From Octopus sinensis (taxonomy: Eukaryota), in the NCBI RefSeq assembly GCF_006345805.1, contig NC_043020.1, positions 21,080,001 to 21,144,000 of the forward strand: 64,000 bases of DNA, written 5' to 3'. The notes under the pieces are model-generated. The model made no database searches and had not been told where the DNA came from. It saw only the letters and a list, made by a program, of their open reading frames with translations. The stretch's first letter is position 1. Each line of letters begins with the position of its first letter. The translations under genes were made by a program, and so were the position numbers. This document shows positions 25,671-38,119 of the stretch, piece by piece.

Positions 25671-25855
25671 AACACACACACATTAATACACATAATACAC
25701 ACACACACACACACCACACACACACACACACACATGTATGTATGTATGGATGTATGTATGTATATATGTACATCTGTCCACTTCTTGCCATATTTTTATC
25801 CTTCACTTCCTACACACACACACATACACTCACACACAGACACACACACACACAC

Positions 25856-25895
<40 letters not shown>

Positions 25896-26024
25896 TCTTA
25901 GCTCACAATTTCTTTTTTTCAACAGTTGACAACTGAAGTACGCTCGCAAATTAATACTACCAAAACTTAGCGACAGAAAGTAAATTAAAAACCAATTTTA
26001 ATTTATAAAATATAGAATGGAATG

Positions 26025-26609
26025 TACTTCGAAAAATCATAGGTAAATTCCAATTGAAGAAATTGTGTGAGGAGTAAATCGTTATGTATTTATTTGTTTC
26101 TGTTTCCTGTGTATTTTTTTTTTTTTTTAGTAGTGGTTGAAGGTACACTTGCAAAGAGAAAGTAGGAGAAAGTGTGGTAATAGAAGGAGTGAAGCAGTTG
26201 AAATTAGTGAGGCAAATCGTAAAATATTTAGTTTTCTCGAATTTTTGCTTAATTGGGGATCAAATTGAAAAAAATTTATATGCCATGACCCAATCGAATC
26301 TACTTCGAAAAATCATAGGTAAATTCCAATTGAAGAAATTGTGTGAGGAGTAAATCGTTATGTATTTATTTGTTTCTGTTTCCTGTGTATTTTTTTTGAG
26401 TAGTGGTTGAAGGTACACTTGCAAAGAGAAAGTAGGAGAAAGTGTGGTAATAGAAGGAGTGAAGCAGTTGAAATTAGAGAGGCATATCGTAAAATATTTA
26501 GTTTTCTCGAATTTTTGCTTAATTGGGGGTCAAATTGAAAAAACTTTATATGCCATGACCCAATCGAATCTACTTCGAAAAATCATAGGTAAATTCCAAT
26601 TGAAGAAAT
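26025..26609. repeat. Tandem duplication with a 270-276 bp unit, about 2.15 copies
   Basis: TACTTCGAAAAATCATAGG recurs at 26025, 26301 and 26571. Confidence 0.92.
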
Positions 26610-27295
26610 TCTATATTGTACAATTGTATTAAAAACAAACTATGTGAGAGGCAGATAAAATCTGCCTTTTATCATAAGATATCATAAGATATATATATAT
26701 ATATATGACGGGATTCTTTCAGTTTCCGTCTACCAAATCAACTCACGAGGCTTTGGCTGGCCCGAGGCTATAACAGAAGACACTCTTTAAAGTACCTACC
26801 TGTTGTGTATCTACCTGTTGGCAATTTTTCTCCCCCACCCGTTTTGTAGAGGTATTACCCATTTTTCTGGGCTCTTTTCACAGCTATATCCTGTTCGAAA
26901 TTTGCATTAGATTTTGTATGAAAAAAAAGGAAGAGAGTGGGGCTCGTTTGTAGTTTCTAGAGAAAACGTTAAACGTGCCTGAAAAAAAAACATGGTCTTT
27001 CCCCACCTACTAAAAGACACGAAGAACTATGAAACAGAGTGAATAAGTACCAGGGTGGGGGAAAGAAGAGAGAACTAACACTCAATCGTTCTAGAACTTC
27101 CAGAATAAAAACGTAAACACCTGAAAGACTTTCCCTCTATTCATTGCTAAATGTCTCTCCACTCTTCTTCATTGTTAGAAGCAAAGAAGCTAGAAAAGAT
27201 CGATCGTATTTCAGTCTAATTGTCATTGTAAATGACTGAGGCTTTCCTTTCTCTGTCTTTATCGCTTCACTCCTTTTCTCTACGGTTAAGAGAGT

Positions 27296-27610
27296 GAAGG
27301 TACGTGGCTCAGTGGTTAGGGGTATTCGGCCCACGATCGTAAAGTCATGAGCACGATACCCTGCCGTGCGTTGTGTTCTTGAACAAGGTACTCTACTTCA
27401 CCTTGTTGCAGTCCACTCAGCTGTCAAAAGTGAGTTGTACCTGTAATTCAAAGGAGCCAGCCTTGTCACATTCTATATGAAGTTAAATCTCCCTTAGAAC
27501 TACGTTATGGTATGCATGTCTGTGGAGTACTCAACCACTTGCGCATTAAATTTACGAGCAGACTGTTTGTTGATCAAAAAAACAGGAACCTTGTTGTCGT
27601 AACCGTAAAG
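27296..27610 (+). mobile_element. tRNA-derived SINE (family 3)
   Basis: Head GTGGCTCAGTGGTTAGGG..TTCGGC; body CAGTCCACTCAGCTG..AAAGG..CAGCCTTGTCACATTC..GGAGTACTCA.CCACTTGC. Further copies at 27915-28065 (+) and 52050-52340 (-). Confidence 0.8.
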
Positions 27611-28306
27611 CGTGAAAGGAAAGGAAATGTTCCACAGCGTGAGGTAAAAATGTCGTGTTTAGCATAAGCAATGAAAGCTAAGACGAAATAATTGCTATTC
27701 CGTCGTGTATTCGGCCTCGACTCACGCTCAGCTTGATAACAACAGCCTGCGCGTCGATGTTTATTTGGAGGCTTGGCCTCCAGATCTGTGAGACCCACAA
27801 ATGCCGCTGTTAGGACCGGATTAACACCCATAGTGACCCTAACGACTAAAAAGACTTCCCTGTCCCTGTATAGAATCTTTTTTCGTTTTCTTCCAACCAC
27901 TTGAAGGCTTATCTTGATCTAGTCCACTCAGCTGGCCAAAATGAGTTGAAGCTGTAATTGAAAGGGGTCAGCCTCGTTATATTCTGTGCGAGGCTGAATC
28001 TCCTTGAGAAGTACGTTAATAATATGCATGTCTGAGGAGTACTCAGCCACTTGCGAGTTAATTTTATCCTCGTGTGGTAATGAAAAGTGAAAGTGACATC
28101 CAATATTTTCTGCGTCTATGTATAAACTTTTCTTTGGATCTACCGTCTCTCTCACTTTCTCTCCTCCTCTTTCACTTCCTTTGTGTTCCTCCTCTCTCCC
28201 TCTTTTAACTTAACAATGTGTGTATGCATTTATGTGTCTACTTTACTTGCGATGTGATTAACGTTTAAAAACACAAATCGAACGTCGTCACCACTCATTA
28301 TCTCTG

Positions 28307-28351
<45 letters not shown>

Positions 28352-28802
28352 TACTTCCTCTCTGAATCATTTATAAACACAAAACGAATGCCGTCACAAC
28401 TAACTGTCTCTTCAATTCACTCTCTCTCACACTCTCTCTCTATCTCTCTTACTTCCTCTCTATCCTCCTCTCTCTCTCTCTCTCTCACTTTGCCACTCAC
28501 TTCTTTGAAGTATGTGTGACACACACGCCAGGTACGTACAAAAAGAAAAATTGACATATTAATATTATCGACAATCTTCCGACTGAATATACCATGAGTC
28601 GGCTGAACACACACTGCAACTATTGTACTGCGCATAATAGACTCCAGACCCACGCTTATTGCAAGTTCCAAGTAAGGTGAATAACAGATGGAAATTGGTT
28701 TATTCACTATAGCTGTTTTAAATGAGTTTTCTTATTGATAAATATAATTGTTACATCATGCGAAAAAACGGTATATGTATGCATGTGTGCACGCACACAC
28801 AC

Positions 28803-28868
<66 letters not shown>

Positions 28869-28886
28869 CAATGATATATATCAATG

Positions 28887-28928
<42 letters not shown>

Positions 28929-29224
28929 ATATATCAATGATAACGGCGCACAAGTCGTTAGAAAAGAGGAGTTAAAACTCTCATTTAAACCACCAATAAT
29001 ACTGAAAGATACGACAGAAAATCAACAGTCAGGCTAATGGCTTAAAGAATTTTTAACATACCTATATACCCAAATGCTATATATTTTGGTATTTGTCTAT
29101 ACGTTTACAGTTTATTACTTTTAATTTTTACGATTATAGATAACTCAAACTGTAACAGATCCGAGTCAGGCGCGTGTGAACGATGTCGAGAGAATGTCTG
29201 CTACGAATAATATACTTTATTTCT

Positions 29225-29560
29225 ACATAAGGCCCAAAATTTTGGGGGTTGGGAGCCAGTCGATTAGATCGACCCCAGTACGCAACTGGTACTTAATTTA
29301 TCGACCTCGAGAGGATGAAAGGTAAAGTCGACCTCGGCGGAATTTAAACTCGGAACGTAAAGACAGACGAAATACCTATTTCTTTACTACCCACAAGGGG
29401 CTAAACACAGAGAGGACAAACAAGGACAGACAAACGGATTAAGTCGATTATATTGACCCCAGTGCGCAACTGGTACTTATTTAATCGACCCTGAAAGGAT
29501 GAAAGGCAAAATCGACTTCGGCGGAATTTGAACTCAGAACGTAGTAGCAGACGAAATACG
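29225..29560 (-). mobile_element. SINE family 2 tandem: two 119-bp SINE segments separated by a 65-bp LINE 3' tail
   Basis: A1 29258-29376, tail 29377-29441, A2 29442-29560. Confidence 0.85.
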
Positions 29561-32500
29561 AATTTCTTTATTGCCCACCGGGGGCCAAACATAGATTATG
29601 GACAGTACAACTGATGGGATCAGTGAATCGATATGATTTTATATAAATGTGACTTTATAAATAAAATACAATACATAAAAAATCGAATGGAATACACAAT
29701 ACAAAAACAATACAAATGAAGCGATGATCAGGTTACGCCCCGACCCCACGAGCCCCGATCTACCGCTTTTGCTATTGCTACAACCGTGAGAAAACAATTC
29801 TTACCTTCGTTCGTTAGAACTCCCGGTGGCTCAATTTTTATAATTGACTCAGTCGACAGCTGTACTCTTCCTTCGCCGGACAACAGGTGTTCAGCATAAG
29901 CCCACATTTCAGTTATCTCCGGACACTGAACAATAGCGTGAGGGACGGTTTCCCTGTCCCCCCCCCGCATCTTGGACAGGTCGGCGACTGACGTTTACCA
30001 TGTCTTGCGAGCTTATCCCAAACGGGCTAGGCACCTCTGTAGCATTGCCAGGTTAAGGACTTTTGGAAGTTGTCCATCGTTCTCAACCCGAATGTACGAT
30101 GAAACAGGCTGTCCAGTTGTATAAATCCAAGACCTAGAGTCGACCCCAGGCCATCGTCGCATTCAGACTCTACCAACCCACTATATAAAATCCGTGTGGA
30201 ACCCCCACCGCTGGCGTTGCCCGAGCGCCGGAACAGCAAGAGGGCCTTACGGCACTCTTTATGCCACTCACTTGACCTCGGTCTACGAGAACACCAGGCT
30301 TCCTGTTCGCAAAAACTCTTGAACTCAGGGAACATTTGTCTGGCCAGCGGAGACCACACCCGTTCACTATCCAGGAGAAACCAGAGATGCCTCAACCTCA
30401 ACGCATGTCTGCGCATCATTAACCAAGGCATCCCTAAACCTCTCTTTAAAGGCTTTTGACAGCAGACAGAGCGTTTCACAAGTGGCGACCTGCCCTTCCA
30501 CAAAAAGCGAAAGAGCTGTCTCTCCAACCTGATCAACCACGAATCCGGACAGGACACGATGGTCAGGCGGTAGGTAATGACCGATGCGATAAACACATTG
30601 GCCACCTCCGCCCTCCCTTTCAGGGATAGGCCCCCGCCAAGACCAGGTCTTGACTACTGCAGTCACCCTGCTTAATACCTCCGTCCAGTTCTTCTCTATC
30701 TGGAGGCCTGGTCCAAACCAGACTCCCAGCAACTTAACCGGTCCCTCCGTCCAGCGCCCAACAACGATGTCTGAAGGCATCGACTTGCCAACCCAGGTGC
30801 CGAGCTGCAAGTCGATCGACTTTTCCCGGTTAATCTTTGCTCCTGCTACCTCCTCGTAAGCCTCAATAGTCTTACCTACTTCACGTAGGCGTGCTACTGT
30901 GGTTACACTGATAGTGATATCATCCGCGAAAGCCGTAACAAACTCCTCTAGTCCTGGTTCTCTCGGGATGCCACTCAACCTTCGCAGAAATGGCTCGAGA
31001 GCCATCACATACAAAATTGGTGAAAGCGGACATCCCTGATGAACCGAGCGTTTGATGCAGAACGGCTTCGAAAGGAAACCGTTCACCCGAACTATCGAGT
31101 CAATGTTGTGGTATAAAGCGATAAACCACCTGAGGAAGCCAAGACCCAGGCCAAACCGCGCAAGTACAGTCGCTAGGTATCGATGGTCAACCCTATCAAA
31201 AGCTTTAGACTGGTCCAAATGCACCAATGCCCAACCTTTGCCAGATTTATTACCAACCCTCTCTATGGTATAGCGAATAAGATGGAGAGTATCCTGAATG
31301 GTTCTGCCTGCGATGGCACATGTCTGTGCCTCCCCGACTATACCATTCGCGACACGCGCCAACCTTTTTGCTAGAATCTTGGCCAAAATCTTCACTTCTG
31401 CGTTTAACAGAGTGATGGGCCTGAAATTCTCTAGAACGCCCCCCTTGTCCGGGTCCTTTCTGACCAACATCACTACTCCCCGGCGCACAGATCTGGGGAT
31501 AAACCCATTTTGTTTCCAGTTCGCGTACACGTCAGTCAGTAGTTGCCCGAACAAGTCTGGCATACATTTATACAGCTCGTACGGAAGACCATCAAGTTCC
31601 GGCGACTTACCCGCTTTACAATCGGCCAAAGCCTCCATCACCTCCTCGGGCGTGATTGGCCCTTCGCAAGACTCCGCATCCTACCCCGAGAGGCACGGCA
31701 GCCCGGCAAGAAAGTGCTCGAGGGCTCTCCCACCACCAGGACCGCCGTCGCCCCCGAACAGCTGGGTGAAGTACTCCTGAAAGACCTCACACATTTTCTC
31801 GGGTTCGTTTACCAAGACACCATTTTGATTCGTCAAAGACCGAATAGAGGAACTATTTCCTTGCCGAGCTTCCACCACTCGGGCCCATCCAGCGGCCTTG
31901 ATTCCTTCACTTCCCATTGCACGTAACTTAGCTCTGGCAATACTTCCCATGTGGTGGGTTTCAAGATACTGGTTTAACTCCAGTCTTTTCATCCTCGCTT
32001 GGTCTGCATTACCAATCCTCCAAGCTTCTTCTAGTTCCTTAACTCGACCATCTCCTATTTTACGTCCCTTCTTAGCTAAACTTATGCTAAACCTAATAGA
32101 CTCATATTTGATGGCTCTTTTTAGGGCGTACCACCATTTGTTATTAATGATGGTACCTGTTAATGCCCTCTGTATTAACATCTTGATCCGCTTTCTGTAC
32201 TCCTCAATCGCCAAAAGGGACGTATTGAGTTTCCAGTAGCCAGATCCCTGTCTATGCAACTTATCTGCCGTCAGTTTACTGGTAACCATCTTGTGGTCAC
32301 TGTAGCTGACTAGAAAAAACTGTGGACACTCAACTATGGACTTATCTTTTTCTCTAATTAAAATCCTATCTAGATATGTTCTGGTAGACCCATCACTATT
32401 TGACCACATCCACTGTGGAGTGTTCGGTTGCTCCAAGCTATATGGATCTGCTAGCTGAAATTGACTTAGCAGATCACGAAAACCTGGGTTACATTTTCTG

Positions 32501-32585
32501 TTCATGTTCGAGCTCGAGCCAACACGATCTGTGTGTGCTGCACATATTGTATTAAAGTCTCCTAACAGTACTAGTGAATGCGACG
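29561..32585 (-). mobile_element. 5'-truncated Tx1/L1-clade LINE (ORF2: APE, RT, CCHC), degraded
   Basis: LVLLGDFN, YLDRILI, SDHKMV, GYWKLNTSLL (APE); NFRPITLLNAEVKILAKIL, LDQSKAFDRVDH, QGCPLSPILY, AFADDIT (RT); RETVPHAIVQCP (zinc knuckle). Confidence 0.88.
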
Positions 32586-33152
32586 TCCTCAGCAGCACTA
32601 TCGTGGCAGTCAGCATCATCATCTGATATTTCAATACCACCATCGGGTGGAACTGGAATTGGCAGACTGCCATTTTGAGTCACAGGTCTCATTGCAGAAT
32701 ACAAATTTGGATACACAATTTTGTGTTTATTCTTCATAGAAAATCCTGTGACAGTTAGTTTGCAAAAATAACAGTAATTAAAATGGTCTTTTGGCTCCCT
32801 CCATATCACTGGAATGGCAAAAGGCATGGACTTCTTATTATTGAACCAGTCACGTAAGCCATTTGAGCAAGCTGATTTAAGATGATGAAATATTGCATCT
32901 GAACTATGCAGCAATGAATAATGTAGTTTATTTTAAAGGTATGTTTCCATGATGTAAATGAAATACATGCATATACGTTATTAACTGGAATTTCTATATA
33001 ATGCGTGAGCTAAAACAAAAAAAAAAAAACTTTCTCATCTTGAAAATTGTACATAATGTCAAAAAACTAATTGTATATTTGAAATCAGCATTAAAAAGTA
33101 GACTAGGTACACCTTGACATATGCTTGCTGAAAAATACTTGTTTAACCAGTG
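32586..33152 (-). mobile_element. 5' end of a Chapaev3-like (CMC) DNA transposon
   Basis: ORF 32552-32914 C..GLRDWF..KSMPFAIPVIWREPKDHFNYCYFC..KIVYPNLYSAMRPV fits the Chapaev3 N-terminal zinc-binding region as I recall it. Terminus CACTGG at 33152. Confidence 0.6.
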
Positions 33153-34201
33153 TAATTGTTAAATTATAATTATTGTATGTATACCTTATTTCCTGATATT
33201 ACCTATGAGTGAGCAAACTTTTTACCACACAGCTACGCCTGCGCTTGTGTGTGTGCGTGTGTGTATAACCATTGTGTTGTTTATTTAACAGTATAGTTGT
33301 ATTCATTACTTTCCTTTTCATCTTTTATTGTTTGAAGAAAAAACAAAAGACAATCAGGAAGCCACATGACTCTGGCAACAATCAATCCCACAACCACCAT
33401 ATTTCATTATCACCTCACAATCGGTACGCAACTGCGAAATATTTCTTCCTTTACCCAGTAAAAATATTTTTGTCTCATTTCACTTAATTCTTTGGAAACT
33501 GGTGTGTGTGTGTGTTGAGTTACATTTACTTTCGTTATATTTGCTGTTTTGTTACATTTTATTTACCAACACCACTACCACTACCATAAAAAAAAATCTG
33601 TCGCACTAGCTCAGGCTACTAGAAATAGCAGTCAAAAGATAAAGGGCTGGAGAGCACATTAGATAATTATAGCGTCATCAGGGACGGGATGTCTTTGCAG
33701 ATCATAAAATCGGCAGATCTGAGAGCGCAGGGCATGAGAGAAGCAGCAATCTGTTATTTAATGGTGACTTTCTTATCCGTTATCGAATCAAAGGAAATTA
33801 CGGTTTCTTAATCCACCATCGTTATTGTTTTAAAGTATCAAATAAAAACTTCTGGAAAGTTGGCACATACACACAGACACGCGTACTCTCTTTCTCCCCC
33901 CCCTCTCTCTCTCTCACACACACACACACGCACACCAAACATCAGCACACTGTATACTCACCTGCACAGACAGTCATACATATGCACATATGCATACTCC
34001 CACTCCGCAGACGCAGTCACACACACAGACAATACAGCATACACGCACACACGCTCACAGACATAGATGCACACAGTATACACAGTGGCCTCTGCACCTG
34101 TATTCTTGCGCAATTGTATTCTCTGCCTTGTATTTACAATCTATAATTTATTAATTTAAGAGATACGCCAGTGTGTGTGTGTATGTGTGTGTGCGTGTGT
34201 G

Positions 34202-34249
<48 letters not shown>

Positions 34250-34362
34250 TGTGTGTGTGCGTGCGTGGAAGACAAGACGATGTGATCTGTCAACTGAAAG
34301 TTTGAATGTAGTTTGAATCGTCGGAGATAGGATGGTCCAATTGCATTCTAACAGCCGGATTG

Positions 34363-34926
34363 GGATCTTTACCTTTTGACCGACAGACTTAGAAAATAAT
34401 TTTTTGTAACAAAACATTTTCAAACTTCGTATACTGGTAGAATGTGTCATATAAAATATCTTTTACTCTTAGCGTTTTTGACAAAAGTTTGTTTATGATG
34501 TTATTCCGTGTTAAAGTTCTCGTATTTCGGTAATTTCAACCAATCAATGACGTGTATTCAGCTAAATAAAATTACTACTATTGTTTGTCAACATCAACTA
34601 TCGGCGGTGTATTTTTCGTTTGTCACTGTTATTTATGACATCGTTCGTGCGTTTGTACTGGTTTTAGCTTTAGGGTTTTAGGGTTAGGGTTAGAGTTTTA
34701 GGGTTAGGATTAAGGTTTTAGGGTTAAGGTTAGGGTTAAGGTTTTAGGGTTAGGGTTGGGGTTTTAAGGTTAAGGTTACGGAAAAAAATGAAAAACGAAC
34801 CATGAACGATTATGGTGGTGCCATGAAGTAAGCATGCTTCTGATACACTCACCAGTATACGAAGTTTGAAAGTGTTTACTTACAAACAATTATTTTCTAA
34901 ATCTACTGGTCAAAAGGTAATGAACC
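34363..34926. mobile_element. MITE with about 76-bp imperfect TIRs and an internal degenerate (TTAGGG)n array
   Basis: TIRs 34363-34439 and 34851-34926. TTAGGG/TTTTAGGG array at about 34669-34778. Confidence 0.8.
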
Positions 34927-35199
34927 AGCGAGTGTTTGCGCAACTCAAAGAAAATAGTAAAAGTAACATATGAAAAAATTCTAATGGTGTAGAATCATCA
35001 ACAGCATCAGCATCGTCTTCTTCAGCTACTGCTGCTTCTCTTCGTCCCCTGCTTCTCCCCCTCCTCTTCCTCTCCTTTTCTTCTCCTCCTCCTCCTCCTC
35101 CTCCTTCTTCTTTCTTCTTCATGGCAGATGTATGTCTGACTAAATGTATAATTATTAATTAGTAAATCATTTAAAGTGTTGAACTAGGAGAACTGATGG

Positions 35200-35672
35200 A
35201 CATCACATAAAATGCTCTGCAGCATTTATTCTGACTGTACGGTCTGACTTGAAACCTTTCTGAGGTCACCTTTGCCTTTCATCTTTCTGGTATCAATAAA
35301 GTACCTATCAAGTACTAGAACTGATGGTATTGATTAATCATCTCCCCTTGAAATTCCTGGCCTTGTGCCTAATCAGAAGACATTAGTTACTAAATCAACA
35401 TAATCAACGAATGTTTGAGTGCATATACTTGCATTGATTTCTGTTGTGCACAGGCTGCAATGTGTGTACACATACACATGTATGCACATAGCTCAGAGAG
35501 AAGTAATTATTTTAGTATGTATTCTTTTGCTTTGTTACAATATTGGTTTCAAATTTTGGCACAAAGCCAGCTGTCAACCTCCACAGGATTTGAACTCAGA
35601 ATGTAAAGACAGATGAAATGCCACTATGCATTTTGCCTGGCATGCTAACAATTCTGCTAGCTCACCACCTTA
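35200..35672. mobile_element. Two CpG-decayed SINE family 2 copies (about 35200-35390 on +, 35550-35672 on -)
   Basis: GAGGTCACCTTTGCCTTTCATCTTTC and GGATTTGAACTCAGAATGTAAAGACAGATGAAATGCC. Confidence 0.7.
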
Positions 35673-36899
35673 CTTCGTCACAGTGTTGTCAATTCAAATG
35701 ATGATCAGGTACATAAATATAAATGTATAAATATATTGTTTGCACATATCATTTTCATCCTTAAAAGGAAAAGAGAGAACCCACAGCAATTGCGCATAAA
35801 ATTTTACCAAAATATTCTTCTGGAATTACTACTGTCCGAGACTGATTTTCCAATGTTTTCAGTATAGACAATGAACAAATGCATAAACATAATTGTATAA
35901 ATATATACCATTTGCATTTGACATATATAAATGCATATAATTTGCATTTGCAATTATATTTTCATTCTTTCAAAATTTTAAAAAACATATTGATATGTTC
36001 AGTAAGTAAATTTCAGTACTTTATGTTCTCATTATTAAATAAATATTGCCCCTTTATTCCCATTTTGCTCGGTTATTTTGCTATAAAACCCTCTGTGTAA
36101 CATGGGAAGAATAAATACTATAGAGTGTTTTTGTTCAAGTTTAACCAATTTAACTTTTTCTCTCAATATATGCACAGACATGTGTACACACACACACACT
36201 CACACACACACACGCACACATGCCCATTTCCTTGCTTCACCATCACTTGTCCATCCATCATACTTCTTGTCTACTGTATTATTCAGTCAAACTCCTAACT
36301 ACATATCATATCATCACCCTTTCTGTATTGTCATCAATAACTCCCTCTCTGTGCCACTTTCTATTGACATCCCTCCCTCATACTTACTATTGACCGTCCT
36401 TGACCTTGTTCACCATTGACTGTCTTTACAGCCTGACTACCTCTATCCTATTTCCATGCATCACATACTCTCCCTCCTCACATGTTTTAGCAACCTCTAT
36501 CCACCTTTCCTGATTCTTCTCTCACCATACTCCCTTCTATTATTGGAAATATTTACCTTAAGGTTATGCTTTGGCTCCTTGTCACCACCATCTTTATCTC
36601 TCTCTCTCTTTCCAACATCACTCCATCAACTTCCCTCCAGCTCTATATAATCTAGGTGGTGGAAAGGGTAGCCCTAAATCTCCTTATATTCAAACCACCC
36701 CACTGTTTTCTTGATACTATTCTTCTCAATCCCATTTGTTACTTTCTTCCCCAAGGCTATCTTCATTTGTCTCTGTTATCACATTCTCACAAAAATAAAC
36801 TGGTTTCTCCTGTCATACTTTTAACTTCTCAACACTTCACCTAAAGTTCTCACTCTCTCTTATTCTCCCCCTCAATTGTGAAGGCTCTTTAATCTTGCA

Positions 36900-37102
36900 A
36901 GTTGCAAGGCAACCTCAATAATGCTGGTGCCCCACAAAAGGTACCCAGTAAGTACACTCTGTAAAGTGGTTGGTATTAGGAAGTGCATCCAGCCTTAGAA
37001 ACCAAGTCAAAATTGAGACACTGGACCAAGATATCATTCTCCTACCCATTGAATCCTGTTGAACTGTAAAACTCAAACCAACATGGAAAGCAGATGTAAA
37101 AT

Positions 37103-37143
<41 letters not shown>

Positions 37144-37390
37144 TGTAAATATATAAATGTATGGATTTCTGTCTACCAGCTTCAATCTTTAATGCCTTAT
37201 TAGTCAATATGAGGTGGTGTAATTCATAGTGGTGAAGGATATATACAAAAGTATAGTTGCTAGAAAAAGAATAGAATGGAGAAGGTTCAGAGAGCTGTTA
37301 CCTCTGTTGGCAAAAAAGGGCCTCTTTCTCAGAGTGAAAGGCAGATTGTACAATGAGTGTGTACAAACAGCAATGCTACTATTTTCTTTA
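36900..37390 (+). mobile_element. RTE-clade LINE fragments (3' UTR and C-terminal ORF piece)
   Basis: Tail motif AAAGTGGTTGGTATTAGGAAG.GCATCCAGC; ORF WRRFRELLPLLAKKGLFLRVKGRLYNECVQTAML. Confidence 0.7.
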
Positions 37391-37394
37391 ATCG

Positions 37395-37700
37395 GCAAAT
37401 TTTGTCTTGCTTCATGAGGCTATTGGTCTTCAAGCATATCCATTTTGATGCTGCTCACTGACCATGTCTGCTACATGCTTCTCTAGAATTGGCGAGTGTA
37501 CAGTGCCTCCTCTCATTGCACATTTTGTGCTGCTGGATATACTTCTTAATATGTTTTCCTTTAATCTCCAAACTCTTACCATCTCAGTTACACCGTATTC
37601 TCTTGCAGCAGCACAATTGTTGTGGGACTTGGCATATGCTACCACTTTCAGCTTAAAGTCAGCTTCATATTTCCGTCGTTTATTACTTGGAGCAATGAGG
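37395..37700 (-). pseudogene. pogo/Tigger-like transposase N-terminal (CENP-B HTH) fragment
   Basis: RRKYEADFKLKVVAYAKSHNNCAAAREYGVTE..VRVWR..LEKHVADMV. Confidence 0.7.
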
Positions 37701-38119
37701 GGGTTTTACAGTTGCTAGAAATCAATGTTCACCCAGTGAGAGTGCTGCTGCTTATGAAAGAGAGACAACTTGAGCCTTTTGAAGAAATCCTGTCTGTAAA
37801 TGTTTGAAAGTAACCAATAACTGTAAGCTTTATTGTCATTAGTCTGACTGACACAAACTGGCCAGGTACAGAAGGTACTGATACATGCTGCTAATCTGCT
37901 GTAACAGGTGGGGTAGTTACCGTAAACTACACTTTTGCTGAAAGCCCTTGGCTGGCTGGGTGCTATTATGAGAGAGTGCTTTAATGAAGCCCTGTAAACA
38001 GAACAGACCCTGGGACCTGGCTGAATGGTCTGATTGTTTACATTTTCTGTTCGTCAGCTGTTGCAAATGGTGACTGGTGGCTGTCCACTAAGTTTGCTGC
38101 ACAGTTATTTTAATATGAT

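Noticed and set aside
25020-26609. CRISPR-like or other prokaryotic repeat arrays
   Set aside because: The repeats are simple tandem duplications without unique spacers, and the context is eukaryotic.
31681-32673. ORF appearing to fuse Chapaev3-like and Tx1 endonuclease sequence
   Set aside because: The N-terminal 30 residues are an off-frame read of the transposon; this is a chance open frame across a truncation or deletion junction near 32585.
34669-34778. True telomere or chromosome-fusion scar
   Set aside because: The array is short, degenerate and enclosed by MITE TIRs.
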